From the NCBI RefSeq assembly GCF_009914755.1, contig NC_060936.1: a DNA stretch of 64,000 nucleotides. One strand, written 5' to 3'. The position numbers were made by a program, and so were the translations under genes. This document shows positions 31,430-44,704 of the stretch, one piece after another. Position 1 is the stretch's first letter. Each line of letters opens with the position of its first letter. The notes under the pieces were generated by a model. The model was given only the letters and a program-made list of their open reading frames with translations, was not told where the DNA came from and ran no database searches. The stretch is from the human T2T-CHM13v2.0 reference genome, Homo sapiens.

Positions 31430-32965
31430 GAACCCAGAAGAGACTTTCTTCTTCAAACAAACAACAACAAAAAAAACTTGAGAGTGATTAACCAAAACCT
31501 ACAATTAACATCATACTTAGTGGCAAAAGACTGAACGAACGGTAAGGATGTCTGCTCTCACTACTCCTATTCCACATTATACCTGAATTTCATCCAATAC
31601 AATAGGGCAAGAAAGAAGAAATAATCGTCTCTATTTACATATGACACGACTGTCTATCAGAAAATCCTAAAGAATTAACAGAAAAAATCTACTAGAACTA
31701 AAACTGAGTTTAGCCAAATCACTGAATACAAGGTCAACAGACAAAAAACTATCACATTTCTATATTTAGGAATAAATAATTAGAAACTGAAATTTTTTAA
31801 AGTACCATTTACAGTAGCACCAAAACCCATAAAATCCTTGGGTATAAATCTTACAAAATATGCTAAAACTACAATACTAACAAACGAAATAAAAAAGATA
31901 AATAAATTGACCACAAAATAGAAAAATTCTTGATGCCAATTCTTCTCAAAACAAACTACAGAATCAACTCAATTCTAATAAAAATCCCTGCAGGATGTTT
32001 TATAGAAATAGCTGAGCTGAGTCTATATATTTATATGAAAAGACAAAGGAACTAGAACCACCAGAACAATGTGGTAAAAGAAAAATACAGAAATACTTAC
32101 GTCAACCGAGTTCTAGGTTTAGTATGAATTAGGATAGAGCAAGCAAGCCAGCACAGTACTGTAGAAAGGATACACATCAATAGAACTGAGTTCAAAAATT
32201 GAGCCACAAATTCATTTTTTTTAATTCAACAAAGGTGCCAAGGCAATTCAGTCAATTCAGTAAAGGAAGAAAAGAAAAAGAACCTCAAACCATATAGAAA
32301 AAGTAACTCAAAATGAGATCACAGACCTGAACGCAAAACCTAAATCTAGTATTTCTAAAAATACATAGGAGATAAATTTTGGGAGCTTAGGGTAGGCAAA
32401 GATTTCTTAGATATGACACCAAAAGCATGATCCATAAAAGAAAAACTGATAAACAGAGTTTCATCAAAATGAAGAACTTTGGCTCTTCAAAAAATATGGG
32501 AAAGTTATGTTAAGCTATGGAAAAGACATGCCACAGATGGGGAATAAACAGTTACAAATCACATATCTGACAAGGACTTGTATTCAGAATACGTTACTTT
32601 TTTTTTTAATCTCAAAACTTAACTACCAAAAAAAAACAATTTTTTAAATGGGCAAAAGATTTGAACAGACGGTTCACCAAGTAAGACTAGATGAATAGCA
32701 AATAAGTATATGAAAAAGTGCTCAACACCTCATTAGTCATTAGGGAAATGTAAATTAAAATCACAATGAAACTTCATTATCCATTAAAATGGCTTAAAAG
32801 AAAAACTGACAATTCTACGTGCTGATTAACATATAGAATACAGTAGCCAGAACTGTCATATACTGCTGGTTGGAATGCAAAAACAGCACAGCCACTTTGG
32901 AAAAGTTGCCTTTGGCGATATTTTGTAAAGTTAAACATACATTTACCATACAACCCAATATCCCG
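31430..32965 (+). mobile_element. Ancient L1M ORF2 3' portion (first segment, before LTR insertion)
   Basis: Degenerate ORF2 text: CTACAATTAACATCATACTTAGTGG, CTACTAGAACTAA, GGCAAAGATTTCTTAG, CAGCCACTTTGGAAAA. Confidence 0.85.
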
Positions 32966-32967
32966 TT

Positions 32968-33863
32968 GTAATATGACAATATCCCGTCGTAATATTGTGA
33001 AACACATATTTGGTCCTGTTTCCTGACATACAGCTCCTAAAATCCTTGAAATGTCTAGAGGGCTAAGAATGGTTTTTGTACACTAGTGGCTAAAGAAATG
33101 ACAGGTGGCCTAGATAGCCTCAGGATGAGGGCTGATTATCAGGGAAATAATCATGTGACCAGAGGGTTAGAACTTTCTATCTCAGCCCCCTATTCCCCAA
33201 CCCCCACCCTGACTTCTAGGGAGAAGCGCTGAAAGTTGAGTTGATCACTAATGGACAATTAACAATGATTTAATGAATCAAACCTACATGATTATATAAC
33301 GAAGCTTTCATAAAAACCCAAAAAGACTGAGTTCTGAGAGCTTCAAAATAACTGGACACATGGAGGTTCTTGGAGGGTGGCGCACTCAGAGAAGGCATGG
33401 AAGCTCCTGCCCCTCTCTACATAACCTGCCCTATGCATCTCTTCCATTTGGCTGTTCTCTGTACCCTTTGTAATAAACCAGTAAACATAAGTAAAGTTTT
33501 CCCCTGAGTTCTGTGAGCCATTCTAGCAAATTAACAGAACCCAAGGAGGGGGCTGTGGGAACCCCAGATTTATAGCCAATTGGTCAGAAGCTTTGGAGGT
33601 CCAGACTTACTCCTGGCATCTGAAGTCCCACAGTCCTGTGGGACTAAGCCCTCAACCTGTAAGATGGGATGCTATCCCCAGGTAGACAGTGTCAGAATTG
33701 AATTGAATTAGAGGACACCCAGCTGGTGTCCCCTGCAAAACTGATTAATTACCTGATGTAGGGGAAACACCTGCTCTCCACCTCTGCAACATTTGGTCAC
33801 AGAAGTGTTTTGTGTTGTGAGAGTACATGAGAAAAAGAGTTTGTTTTTCCCTAGAACCTTACA
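32968..33863 (+). mobile_element. MER21-family (ERVL) solo LTR inserted in L1
   Basis: GTAATATTGTGAAACACATATTTGGTC...CAGCTCCTAAAATCCTTG...AATAAACCAGTAAAC...GAGGACACCCAGCTGGTGTC...ends ACA. Confidence 0.8.
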
Positions 33864-33944
33864 TCCTTCTAGGTATATACTCAAGTTCGGAGGATGTAAG
33901 GTTCTAGGAAAAAACGAACTCTTTTTCTCCTACTGTACTCTCAC

Positions 33945-34400
33945 AACACAAAACAAACTACAGCAAATGTATATAGTAGTTGTATTTGTAAATGCCAAAA
34001 ACTGGAAACCATCCAAATGTCTCTCAACAGTGGGAAAAACAATGAAATATCTATACAATGGGCTACTACTCAGAAATAAAAAGGAACTTCCAATACAAGA
34101 AAAAATATGGATGAATCTCATTATGCTAAGTAAAAAGAAGCCATACTCAGACTATGTGCTGTATGATTCATTCATATGTCATTCTCGCAAAAGGCAAATT
34201 TAAGGTACTGTAAACTTCTCAATGGTTTCCAGGGATGGAGGTGGTGAGACAGGTTGATACCAAAGGGACACCGGAAATTTGAGGGGTGATGCCCCCCACT
34301 CTATATCTTGATTATAGTGGCAGTTACATACCTGCATACATTTGTGCAAACGCGCAGAAATATTATTTACTAAATAATGTATTATTTACTAAATATGGTA
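33945..34400 (+). mobile_element. L1M continuation (ORF2 end / 3' UTR)
   Basis: GCCAAAAACTGGAAACCATCCAAATGTC...ATGGATGAATCTCA...TGTATGATTCATT. Confidence 0.85.
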
Positions 34401-34769
34401 AACTTTACTCACAATCTTTTACTGTTCTAAATTACGAAAACTCATTTTACCATTGGGCCAAGTTTCTAGACTTAAGCCATCATGAATATGCTAATATTGA
34501 CCTCTTTATTTTCTTAGTATTGTAATCAAAAGGACTCCTACTCTAAATTTATATATAAAAAGCATTCTCTAAATCCAAAAGATATGGTATTTATGTGATT
34601 AACCTCCATTCATAAAGTATTAAAAACAAAAAAAAAAAGTTTGAGCAATTAACAAGGAAATTCAGACTGAAGTAACTGTTCCTAGAGCCCAATGTACCAG
34701 TTATATTCTTCACTTCATATCAAACACTGTATATAATGCAAATGTAACAAAATATAAACATCTTAAGGC

Positions 34770-35068
<299 letters not shown>

Positions 35069-36009
35069 AAAATTTTTATTTTTTAAATGCTAAAAATTAT
35101 TTTGAAAAATAATTATATGGTCATTCTCATCTGTTCTTTTATATTCTGTAAGTATATAACATAAATTAACATAAAGTTTGGGCACTAAGTTAATATAAAA
35201 TAGGAAAGTAGTAATACAAAATAAAACAAATCATACTATATTAAGCCCTTGTCTAAGGAAAGTGTACTAAAGCTTAGAAAACAATAGAAAATTATAAATT
35301 ATAAGTTAACAAACAAAATTTAAATATAAATCAGTAGATAATTTAAAAAGCATTCAGTGTTTGGATTTAAATTTCCTATGTCTTAGATATTGCATTGAAA
35401 ATTACATACTAAAGATTCAAGAATAATCAATTTATCATAAAAAATTATAAGCCAATAACCACTCTAATAAATACTATCAATTTAGGCTATGAAATTAAGG
35501 ATAATGCATTAATTTGCTGACCCTTTCAATTTACTATCACTAACAAATGCATTTGTCAAACAGAATGTAAATCAGACCATCCTTTTTTTCTCATGATCAG
35601 AGTTTCCAGAAATACAGGAGCAGCATATGTTTCAATAAATCCCTAAAATTTCAAAATAAGTTAAATCTGCAAAGACATGCTTGGAATCTAATAACAGATA
35701 ATTTGATCAACATTAACTAGACAACACTACTTGACCGTGTTATGTGTCAAGCACCAGGCTAAGAACTAGGAATGCTCTCAAAAAGCTAACACATGTATGT
35801 GCAAACCACTCGGAAGCAAAAATTATTTTGAAACTTTGCAGAATAGCTACTAGCATAAAATGTCTTAAATTTTAAATTAACAATTAAATAACATATAATC
35901 AAGGTTGGTTTTCTATCCAGAAAACAATCGTTCTTGTTTTATTTTATGTGCCAAGCTTTGAATTAGGCACTACATATAAATGGGGAGGTGGGGAGACTAC
36001 TCACCACCA

Positions 36010-36471
36010 CACTATGAGACATCTGGCACACTTCTGTCACTCAGTGTCGGGCTTCTTCATTATCACTATCATTAAGAGTCCTAATTGGGATCAAATATAA
36101 TCACCCCTAACGGAAACTAAAAATACTGATTCTCTCTTTTCCATCCTCCCCTACAGTGTGGACAAGGACATACATTCTAACCCCTACCAGATGCTCCTGG
36201 TCGACACCTTTGACTCTGAATCCAGGGACAAAAAGAAAGCCGATGGAGATATCTTTCTGACAGCTCTAGGAACAGAGGCTTCAAGATCAAGTTTTTGGTG
36301 CTAAAGTAGCAGAGGTACCACAGCATCTAGTGCTTGGTGGTAGCTAGCAGTACCTTTCTCATTGAACCAGTTCTGTAGCGCCGATTGTAAAAGTGCCAAA
36401 TAGTTGGATACCCAATATTCTTTTAATCAACTCCTTTTCTTAGTTTGAAGCTAAGAACTCTGATGAATACA
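36010..36471 (+). mobile_element. LTR33-like (ERVL) solo LTR
   Basis: Ends CTCCTTTTCTT...CTAAGAACTCTGATGAATACA; internal CTTTGACTCTGAATCCAG. Confidence 0.5.
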
Positions 36472-36525
36472 GTTGATTCTAATCTCCATTTTATACATGA
36501 GAAAACTAACACTTAATCTTAAGAA

Positions 36526-36775
36526 GGCACAGTGCCTTACACCTGTAATCCTATCACTTTGGAAGATCAAGTGGTAGGATTGCAAGGCTCCAGCTCTTAA
36601 AAAAACTTTAAAAACTTAGCTGAATTTGGTGGCACGGGCCTGCAGTCCTAGCTTCCTGGGAGGCTGAGGCAGAAGGCTCACTTGAGTCAAAGAGTTTGAG
36701 GCTGCAGTAAGCTATGATGGCATGCCACTGTACTCCAGCCTAGGCAAGAGAGAAAGACCCCATATCTTTTAAAAA

Positions 36776-36811
<36 letters not shown>
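36526..36811 (+). mobile_element. Degenerate AluJ with internal deletion and A(n)(TA)n tail, nested in a MIR
   Basis: Alu text; MIR core CCATTTTATACATGAGAAAACT before and TTGTCCAAAGTCACA after. Confidence 0.8.
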
Positions 36812-36815
<4 letters not shown>

Positions 36816-37381
36816 CTTGTCCAAAGTCACATAACTAAGAAGTCTTAAGAATTTGTAGTCAAACTGAGCTACAGTCAGCAGCATACAGGGATCAAATGCT
36901 TTTACACCTACTGTTACAAATAATAAATATATTAATCATTCCATTAACTGAATTCCTCAAGGGGAAGCAATTTATTTTCATAGCTGCTGTGGCTAGAACT
37001 TCTCGGATATTCATAAACATGCATAGAGTTGACTTGATTATGTATATTTCAAAATGTCATTGAAATTAGCACCAATCTAAAATTTCCTCACATCTACTTA
37101 AAGAGGATTAGTGGTACAGATGGGATTCATATCCAAATGTTCTGACTCTGACACCCATGCTCTTTCCCCTACACAACACTTAGTGTTAAGCAAATCCACT
37201 CACTCAACCCTTCTTTAACCATTCTTTTATTCTTAGCACTGGGTAGAAAGGCAATGTTAACACTGAAGTTAAATTTTCCTTTGGTTCCAAAATTTGGACC
37301 TAAAATTAATGTGTTCTAGTTACATGTTAACTTTTTCAAAGGCTAAGTCAGACAAAACCACATTTTGGCTTCTTTAAATAA

Positions 37382-37382
<1 letters not shown>

Positions 37383-37460
<78 letters not shown>
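37383..37460 (+). repeat. Compound (CT)n(CA)n microsatellite
   Basis: Directly visible. Confidence 0.98.
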
Positions 37461-37465
<5 letters not shown>

Positions 37466-40400
37466 AGATTTTCTTCAGGGGAAAATACATAAAGAGGGAC
37501 AGAGTAGTTAGCCTACGTTTCTACAAATGAAATGCATTCTCCCTTTCAAGGTAGACTGAGAAGAAAAACGACTACCAAAAAGTCTATAAGAAAGTCCTAT
37601 CTTTATGAAACCTACAATCTCTCCACGGCATGCTGTCTCCATTCCAAAAGAAAAAAAAATAAAAAACAGGAAAAAAAGCCTTTCTAATTCTTTTGATCTT
37701 TCCAGTTTCTATTTAAATGCTTATAATACCTTAAGAATATAAAGTAGCAAAAAGACTATCTCTATAGACTATGTTTATAAGTCTAATTATGCATAATGGG
37801 AGAATTTTCCTAAAATTTTGTTGGTCTCAAAAGAACCAAGAGATCTAAAATGCATGTAAAATAAATGAGTGACAACAGTCAATCAAAACAAGGAATTTCT
37901 AAATTAAAACATTCTCCTGCTGTTATTTTGTCTATTACAGCCAGATTAAAAACTAAAACTAAGTACTACTACAGCTGCCTATTTACAAAGAAAAACTATT
38001 TTGGCACTAAAGTTATCTCACTTAAATTATAAAAGCTATAATCAGAATGAGTTTACGTTGCTGTTATTCAACCTTTTTTAATACAGTTATCCTCATAATC
38101 AAATATTTAAACTGCAAAAGTAGTATATAAATGTTTTTTAACAGAAAAGACAGTGTTTATAAAGGAAAAGTTTTAAATAGTAGTAATTACTGCTTAGTGC
38201 CCAAATAATTTTTCAAATCCCCATCAATTGCAATATAACTTCTTTCAACTTCACCAAACATGACTCCTTACAGAATTAATAAGCTTATTTGAAAGAAAAA
38301 ACATAGAAAAGGTTCAGGGAGAAAAAAAGTCAATATGGCAAAATATCAAAGCAGCATATACTTCAATGATTTTGTGTTTTCCAGCAGAGATCTTGGAAAG
38401 ATATCCCTTCCAATTCCATAAATGAAACTGACATACTTTACTTGAAGGGGAAAAAAAAATGGGAGGAGGGAGAATGGAATAGGGTAGGGAGGAGCATAAA
38501 GATTGTGAAACCTTGAAGAAATTCAAGCTCATGCTTTTAGAATTCAGGTCACCCAGCCTTACACAGTTTAAAAGTAGAATTACTTTCAAAGAATACATAT
38601 TTCCTCTGAGCTATGATACATATTTCCTTTTAATGTATCATATTGCAGCAACAGCTGAAATGAACGTCTAGACATCAAAAACACTTCTTACTCCCACCTA
38701 CTGCTTTTTTACCTCAGGCATCAAAACTAATGAAACCTATTATCCAGAACATTGAGTTCAGCAACGGCATTGGCCACTGCAAATATTGGAGGTGGGGGAA
38801 GGGCACTTTCAGGGATGGCACTTCTTATTCAGCCGTTAAAATTGTTGAAAATCAAATTTCACTCGAAACTCCAGAAACACAAGTAAAGGAAGGCACAGGA
38901 AACAAGTACATTGTTTCCCAGTTAGATTTCAGTAACTAACGGCTAAAGATAGCATAGCTCTGAATCCAAGGTTTATCATTTGCCCACTGCCTTTGTTTTC
39001 AATTTCTACCTCAAACATATAAAACGCATCGTAGTGTTTAAAAAAAAAAATCTTCCGAATTATTAAATCTACTTCCAAAAACTACACTAATCAGATATTA
39101 CAACAAGGAAACATGTATCCACTTAATCTAACTGCAGCAAATGAAGGATACCAAGATAAATAAACGATTTTGAAGTATCTGCTTTCTTAAAAACTGACTT
39201 ACCAAAGAAACTCAGTAACAAAGGAGCACAATGCTACATTAATTATGAAATATAGCACTTCACACATAAAAAAATCCAATGACTTACAACACTACACCAC
39301 CACTGACTGATCAATTTATGCTGCCATCAGTTGCCTGGTAGAATCTATATTTGAAGTCATTAATAACTAAATGGACTTATTACTTATATCAACTTCAACC
39401 TATTTAGAGCTCTGATTTCTTGAATTGCTCATGAGTGTAAAATATTCAGTATCACTTAACTAATCTATGTTGGAAATGGATTGTAACCTTCCCGATGTCA
39501 ATTCATCAAACAAATAAGAATCATGGATAGAAGATACATACTAAAACGTTCCATTTATTTCAAACTATTTGCAACCTTAAGTGATTACAAATATTGATAA
39601 TATTTGGCAGACAGAAGCACAATTGCGATTCAAAATTTTAACAGTGTACTATCTTCCTAAGGAATCAGCATGGGTTCTCTGCCAGTTGCAGGATAACCAG
39701 AATTTTAATGACAGTTTCTACACAGCATTGTAGCAGTTGAGACACGACCCAAGTTAGCATTTCAATGGATCACAAGACTCCCTGTAAAGCCAGCAAACTT
39801 TAAATTGAAGGAAACCATAAAACTAAATTTCGAGATAAACTGTACAAGGCCTTCAAAAGACAACTGCTACAGAAAACAGGCTGCAATGTTACTTTAATAG
39901 CTGCACACTGAAAAAGAAATCTTGCACAATGGCTGTTATTGACTTCTCAAAACCAAATTTGTCCCCATTTGCTACTTCTTCCAAATATTTTTTAAAATGA
40001 TTACCATTTTTAACCTTTAAAATGATTAACATGCTCTTAATATGCTCTAGAATGCATAAACAAGGGTCCAGAAGGATTAAAATTAACAGTTATCTCTGCT
40101 AGAATAATGATTGTTTTCTCCTTTACCTCTTTGAGTATTTTCCAGATTTCATGACAGGCATTACTTTTATAAGCTTACATCATATTTGAAATAAATTTTT
40201 AAAATAAGGATCCTATATTAAACAAGGCTGTATGTTCAGAAATTACAAGGAAAACCAATATTTTTAAAACAGGAATCATCACAAGATAAATTTTGAGACG
40301 GAAAAGCAGACATGTGATTCAGTTAGAACATATACATTTAAATTCATCATTGCTACAAATAAACATTTTATAAACTTCCTCTAGGACAATGATTTTAATA

Positions 40401-41044
40401 AAGATGAGTCAACTACTGATTTCAACATTAGCACAATTGAGAAGTAAAAATTTAAAATATTTCCTTCCACTCTTCAGACACAAACTAATTTGAATAAAAA
40501 ACACACGCACATGCACACACACGTGCACACAGAAGCTTGCTACTAAAATTCTGACAGGGCAAGTCCCCAAATTGCCTTTTACACTAAAGCTCAAACAGTT
40601 GTCTGTCACTGCTATTACTATGAGTAATCCTTGCAGCTGTAACTGTTTGAAATGCAGCTGTCTCGTTGGCATTCTCTCCCCACCCCCAGCCATGCAGCAT
40701 TTCTGTTCTTGCTACAATAATCTTAAAGAGCATTTTACAGGAGGCTTAGCCCTGGCTGAGGGCACTCTACGGCGTGACCGAGAGAACATGGAAACACGAT
40801 TCATTAGACACGCCTGGAGTGATAACAATGGTGCTGCTTCTTACTGCCTTTCATTTCGTACATCAGGCTGAGACTAATGCATTCTCGTTACACAACAAGC
40901 ACATTTATAGACAGGGGAAAACTGTAATCACCTTTGATTAAGAGACAGCATATTTTTCCTATATGAGCTGCCAGCCATACTGACATAGTAATTATTTTTT
41001 AACTGACAGGTTAAAATAGCAAATGTAGCAAAAATAACATCTGC

Positions 41045-41058
41045 AGAGAGAGAGAGAA

Positions 41059-41108
<50 letters not shown>

Positions 41109-41194
41109 CAGAGAGAGACAGAGAGAGACAGAGAGAGACAGAGAGAGACAGAGAGAGACAGAGAGAGACAGAGAGAGACAGAGACTGACTGACT
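41045..41194 (+). repeat. Compound (GA)n / (GAGAGAGACA)n / (GACT)3 repeat
   Basis: Directly visible; dinucleotide run grading into a 10-bp unit. Confidence 0.98.
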
Positions 41195-42180
41195 ACTGTG
41201 AAGACTTGGTGCACAAAGGTTTCTTTAGACCAAACTCAGTGCCATCTCCTTGAGACCTGATGGGTACCTTGGCTTTTATTTCAGCTTGACAGTCTATGGC
41301 AAATATTGCAGAAAGACTCTTACAGAAATTCATTCTATAAATCCAATTTTTTGGAGGCAGAAATTACAAAATTATTTTTGTCACTGAAACAGTAATGACT
41401 ATTGGTCTACCTTCTTTCCACTTCTTTCACTATAGGACTAGAAAATTCAACAGTAGTATCCTTTTTTCCATTATCTTACAACAAAATAATTTGTTCTCTT
41501 CACTTTGTTATCTACTTTTACTAGATAATAATTTGTTTTCCTTAATATAAAATGCTACTCCAAGACAGAAAAAAAACTGCTTTCTACTATACCACAGTTT
41601 ATAAAATGTAACTTTGGTTAAAAACAAGAATGTAGAATAATTAGATCAGTCTATCATTTCACTTAACGCCCATCAATCCCTGCACCTGGTGAAGGTTTTA
41701 ACTGTAAATATAAAGGCCCTAATTTAAATTAGAAAAAAGTCATAAGCCACATTATACTGACAACATATAAAGTCAGTTTTCTTAAGGAATTTTAAAAAGT
41801 GAACCACCTTTCCATACACACAAATGCAATCTTCTGTTGGTTTACACATGTGTGTTGCTGGGTTGTAGTTTATAGAGAATTTGGTAGTTGACAGGAAAAA
41901 AATATTTGTCATAAATTGAAAGATCATAGTTAAACCAAAATATTGGAAAATACTTTTTCAAAGTTAGCAGTCTGTACAATTAAGCAATTAAAAAGTCTCT
42001 TTTTTAAGCTTTCTACAACACTATTGATTTTTACACTAAGAATGTGCTACAAAATAAAACAATTTGCACATGTGAAAATTTGTTAAGACAGAAAAGAAAA
42101 CTAACCAATAATAAAAAAAAGTTAAGTCTGGTTCACAAAACTTTGAAACCTGTAATAGCTTTTCAAAAAATAATTATGTA

Positions 42181-42313
42181 GCCAGGCAATGTGGCAGGAG
42201 CCCATAATCCCAGCTATTCAGGCTGCTGAGGTGGGAGGACACATGAGCCCGGAAATTCAAGGCCAGCCTGGGCACTACAGTGTGATCCCATCTCAATCAA
42301 TCAATCAATCAAT
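42181..42313 (+). mobile_element. FLAM monomer with (TCAA)n tail
   Basis: Monomeric 7SL-derived text. Confidence 0.8.
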
Positions 42314-44704
42314 GCAAACGGTTATGTACATACAACAAACAAATTTTTGTAAAACAGCAAAATGCTTTAATAATTTTAAATAGTAGGATTTTAGAGTTTT
42401 CTGACCTGTGCTACCACAGCAGGTTAGAAACTAGAAAATGTGTAGCCTAACTCTGATATGTCTATAAATGGACCACTGAACACTAATGTGCACTTAAACA
42501 CAGTGTATTTTGAAGAGAAGTTTTTATGTGTCCCACACAATTTTAGAATTACACAAGCTTAAAATTTTCATCATCTGAAATCAAACAATGAGTCTTATTA
42601 CAGAAGATAACATCTATACAATTTCTACTGTCGGTGCCCAATCCATGTCTCTCTTATTTTGGTTTTCTGTACTGTGTGAAGTCATGACTCCCCCAAAACT
42701 AATCAAATTACTTCTGCATACTTTCCCTGCTTGTCTTCTTTTTGGAAAAGACAAAGTTAATCATCAGTATAAAACATGTCACCACACATTAAAAATTTTT
42801 ATTTTAAAAACATTTCAGTTTAAATGTATTCTTAGTAATCAGAACATTTTACTTTCATAAACAACTATGGTTTACATATGAATTTCTGTTACAATTATCT
42901 GGCTCTTAATAGAATCACAAATTATTATTCTCAACTTTTAAAAGACAGAATGTACAATTCTCCCCTTGTGTCTTCAAAATTAATTTGTTTATGAATGCAA
43001 AAACAACCTATTGGAAAGCAATAAAAGTTTCTCAAAACTTTTAAGTTAAAATATATCCAGGAAAAGTTGTCATTATCCAAAACTTAAGCCAAGAAGTTTC
43101 CAACTCATAAGCAAAAAATTTATAAATGACCTAAACACACCAACACTGCCAATATTTTTACTTCATGTTGGTGTTTCAACTCTACAAGATTCCTTTGCAT
43201 TAACAAGTCAATATGAAAACTGCAAGTCCTTTAGGAAATAAAGGTCAGTTATTTACAGTCGCAGTGGTGTGAATGAGTTCAATCCTATGTTCTTTCGAAA
43301 TCTGGCTAGAATGGCATTTTGGTTGCAAAGTTAAGTAACACCGTTGTTTTGGATAGGGCACAGTCTGGAGTAGGGCAGGCCTGGGCGGCTCCCATAACAC
43401 AAGGTGCAGTGGTTTCTTCCTGTGGTCCTTGGAGTACTAGAGTCCTGTGCAAGAGCCCCAGTGAGTCCCTCTGGCCCTTTCCATCTCCAGTCTCAACCAG
43501 GACAGCTGCAGTTTTATCCAGTTGTAGTTTTAGCCATTATAACTTAGGAAGTTCTACAGAGAGCTCACTTGAAAAGGTATTACAAATAAATACAAAGAGT
43601 TTGCAAAGAGGATAGAATTTGCAAATTACCAGAAAAGTTGAAAGAATAAATCAAACCAAAAACCCAAAAAGCCTGAGCCACTGGGCAATGCTAACACTTC
43701 ACTGGCTCTGTTGCTTCTTTTATAGTTATCTTTACTTTCTTTGAGATTCTTTCCCACTCATATTGCATAATTCTAACAAACTGCACTAGAATGTGGGAAA
43801 GCCTTCCAAGACAGATTCTGAGGATTTTAAATGTTTATAAAGTGAAGTCCTAACCAATCTACCCCTTCTAGTTACAAAACCCAGGACCCAAACCAACACT
43901 GGTCAAGCATTACAGACTAAATCAGTTTGATAGGCAGGCCTTAGAATCTACCCACCATTCAGAATAGATTTTTCATAGGTTAAAAAATATATATATTTTC
44001 CAAATAATTAACTTACAAATTATCTTTTGAAACATAGGCTATCAATAGTTTGTCAACTGGTGCTTGAGTATATTAATTCTTCTTTCCATAGTTTAAATAC
44101 CAGCTATTAAAAAGCATAACAATAAAAGTTACTTTATCACTTTAAAAGACAGAGTTTTGATAGTGATGGAGCTCTCAGAAAGATTTTTGGTTGCCTGTAG
44201 TATTTCTTGGGAGCTATATTAGATCTGTTATATAACAATTCATTTCTTTTGTATGAAATTTTGTTTGTTATAACTCATAATTTAAAAACATTTTTTCAAT
44301 TCCGATTCAAAAACGAAAAATACATATGAGATAATAGGTTAAAAGTTCAACTGTATATACATCATGATCTCAACTTTTCAGATGTGTGCTTAAATATCTG
44401 TAATGGAATAAACAAAAATTATAATTACTATAAATCTTTACCCAAACTTTTTATACTAAATTTTAAATATAAGTACCCCTATGTAGTCCGTTAAACAGTT
44501 ACTACTCTAACTAAAATATAGATATATTCAAAGGCAATATTACCCACTCAGAATAACTCAGCAGTTCAGATGATAAAGAAAATAACCTAAAGAAACAGTA
44601 AACATAAAACAGCTGTTTGGACAGAAGATATACTAACACTTTGTAAAGTACAGAAATTGTCATCCCGTTTCTTTTACAATCCAGCTTCATCAAGAAGCAA
44701 AGCT

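Noticed and set aside
31430-34400. Possible intact L1 reverse transcriptase
   Set aside because: Heavily decayed with stops and frameshifts, and split by an LTR.
37268-37310. Weak palindrome around GGTTCCAAAATTTGGACC
   Set aside because: Short and gapped; expected by chance in AT-rich DNA.
41011-41214. SLSLSV-repeat ORF
   Set aside because: It is the translation of the GA/GACA microsatellite.
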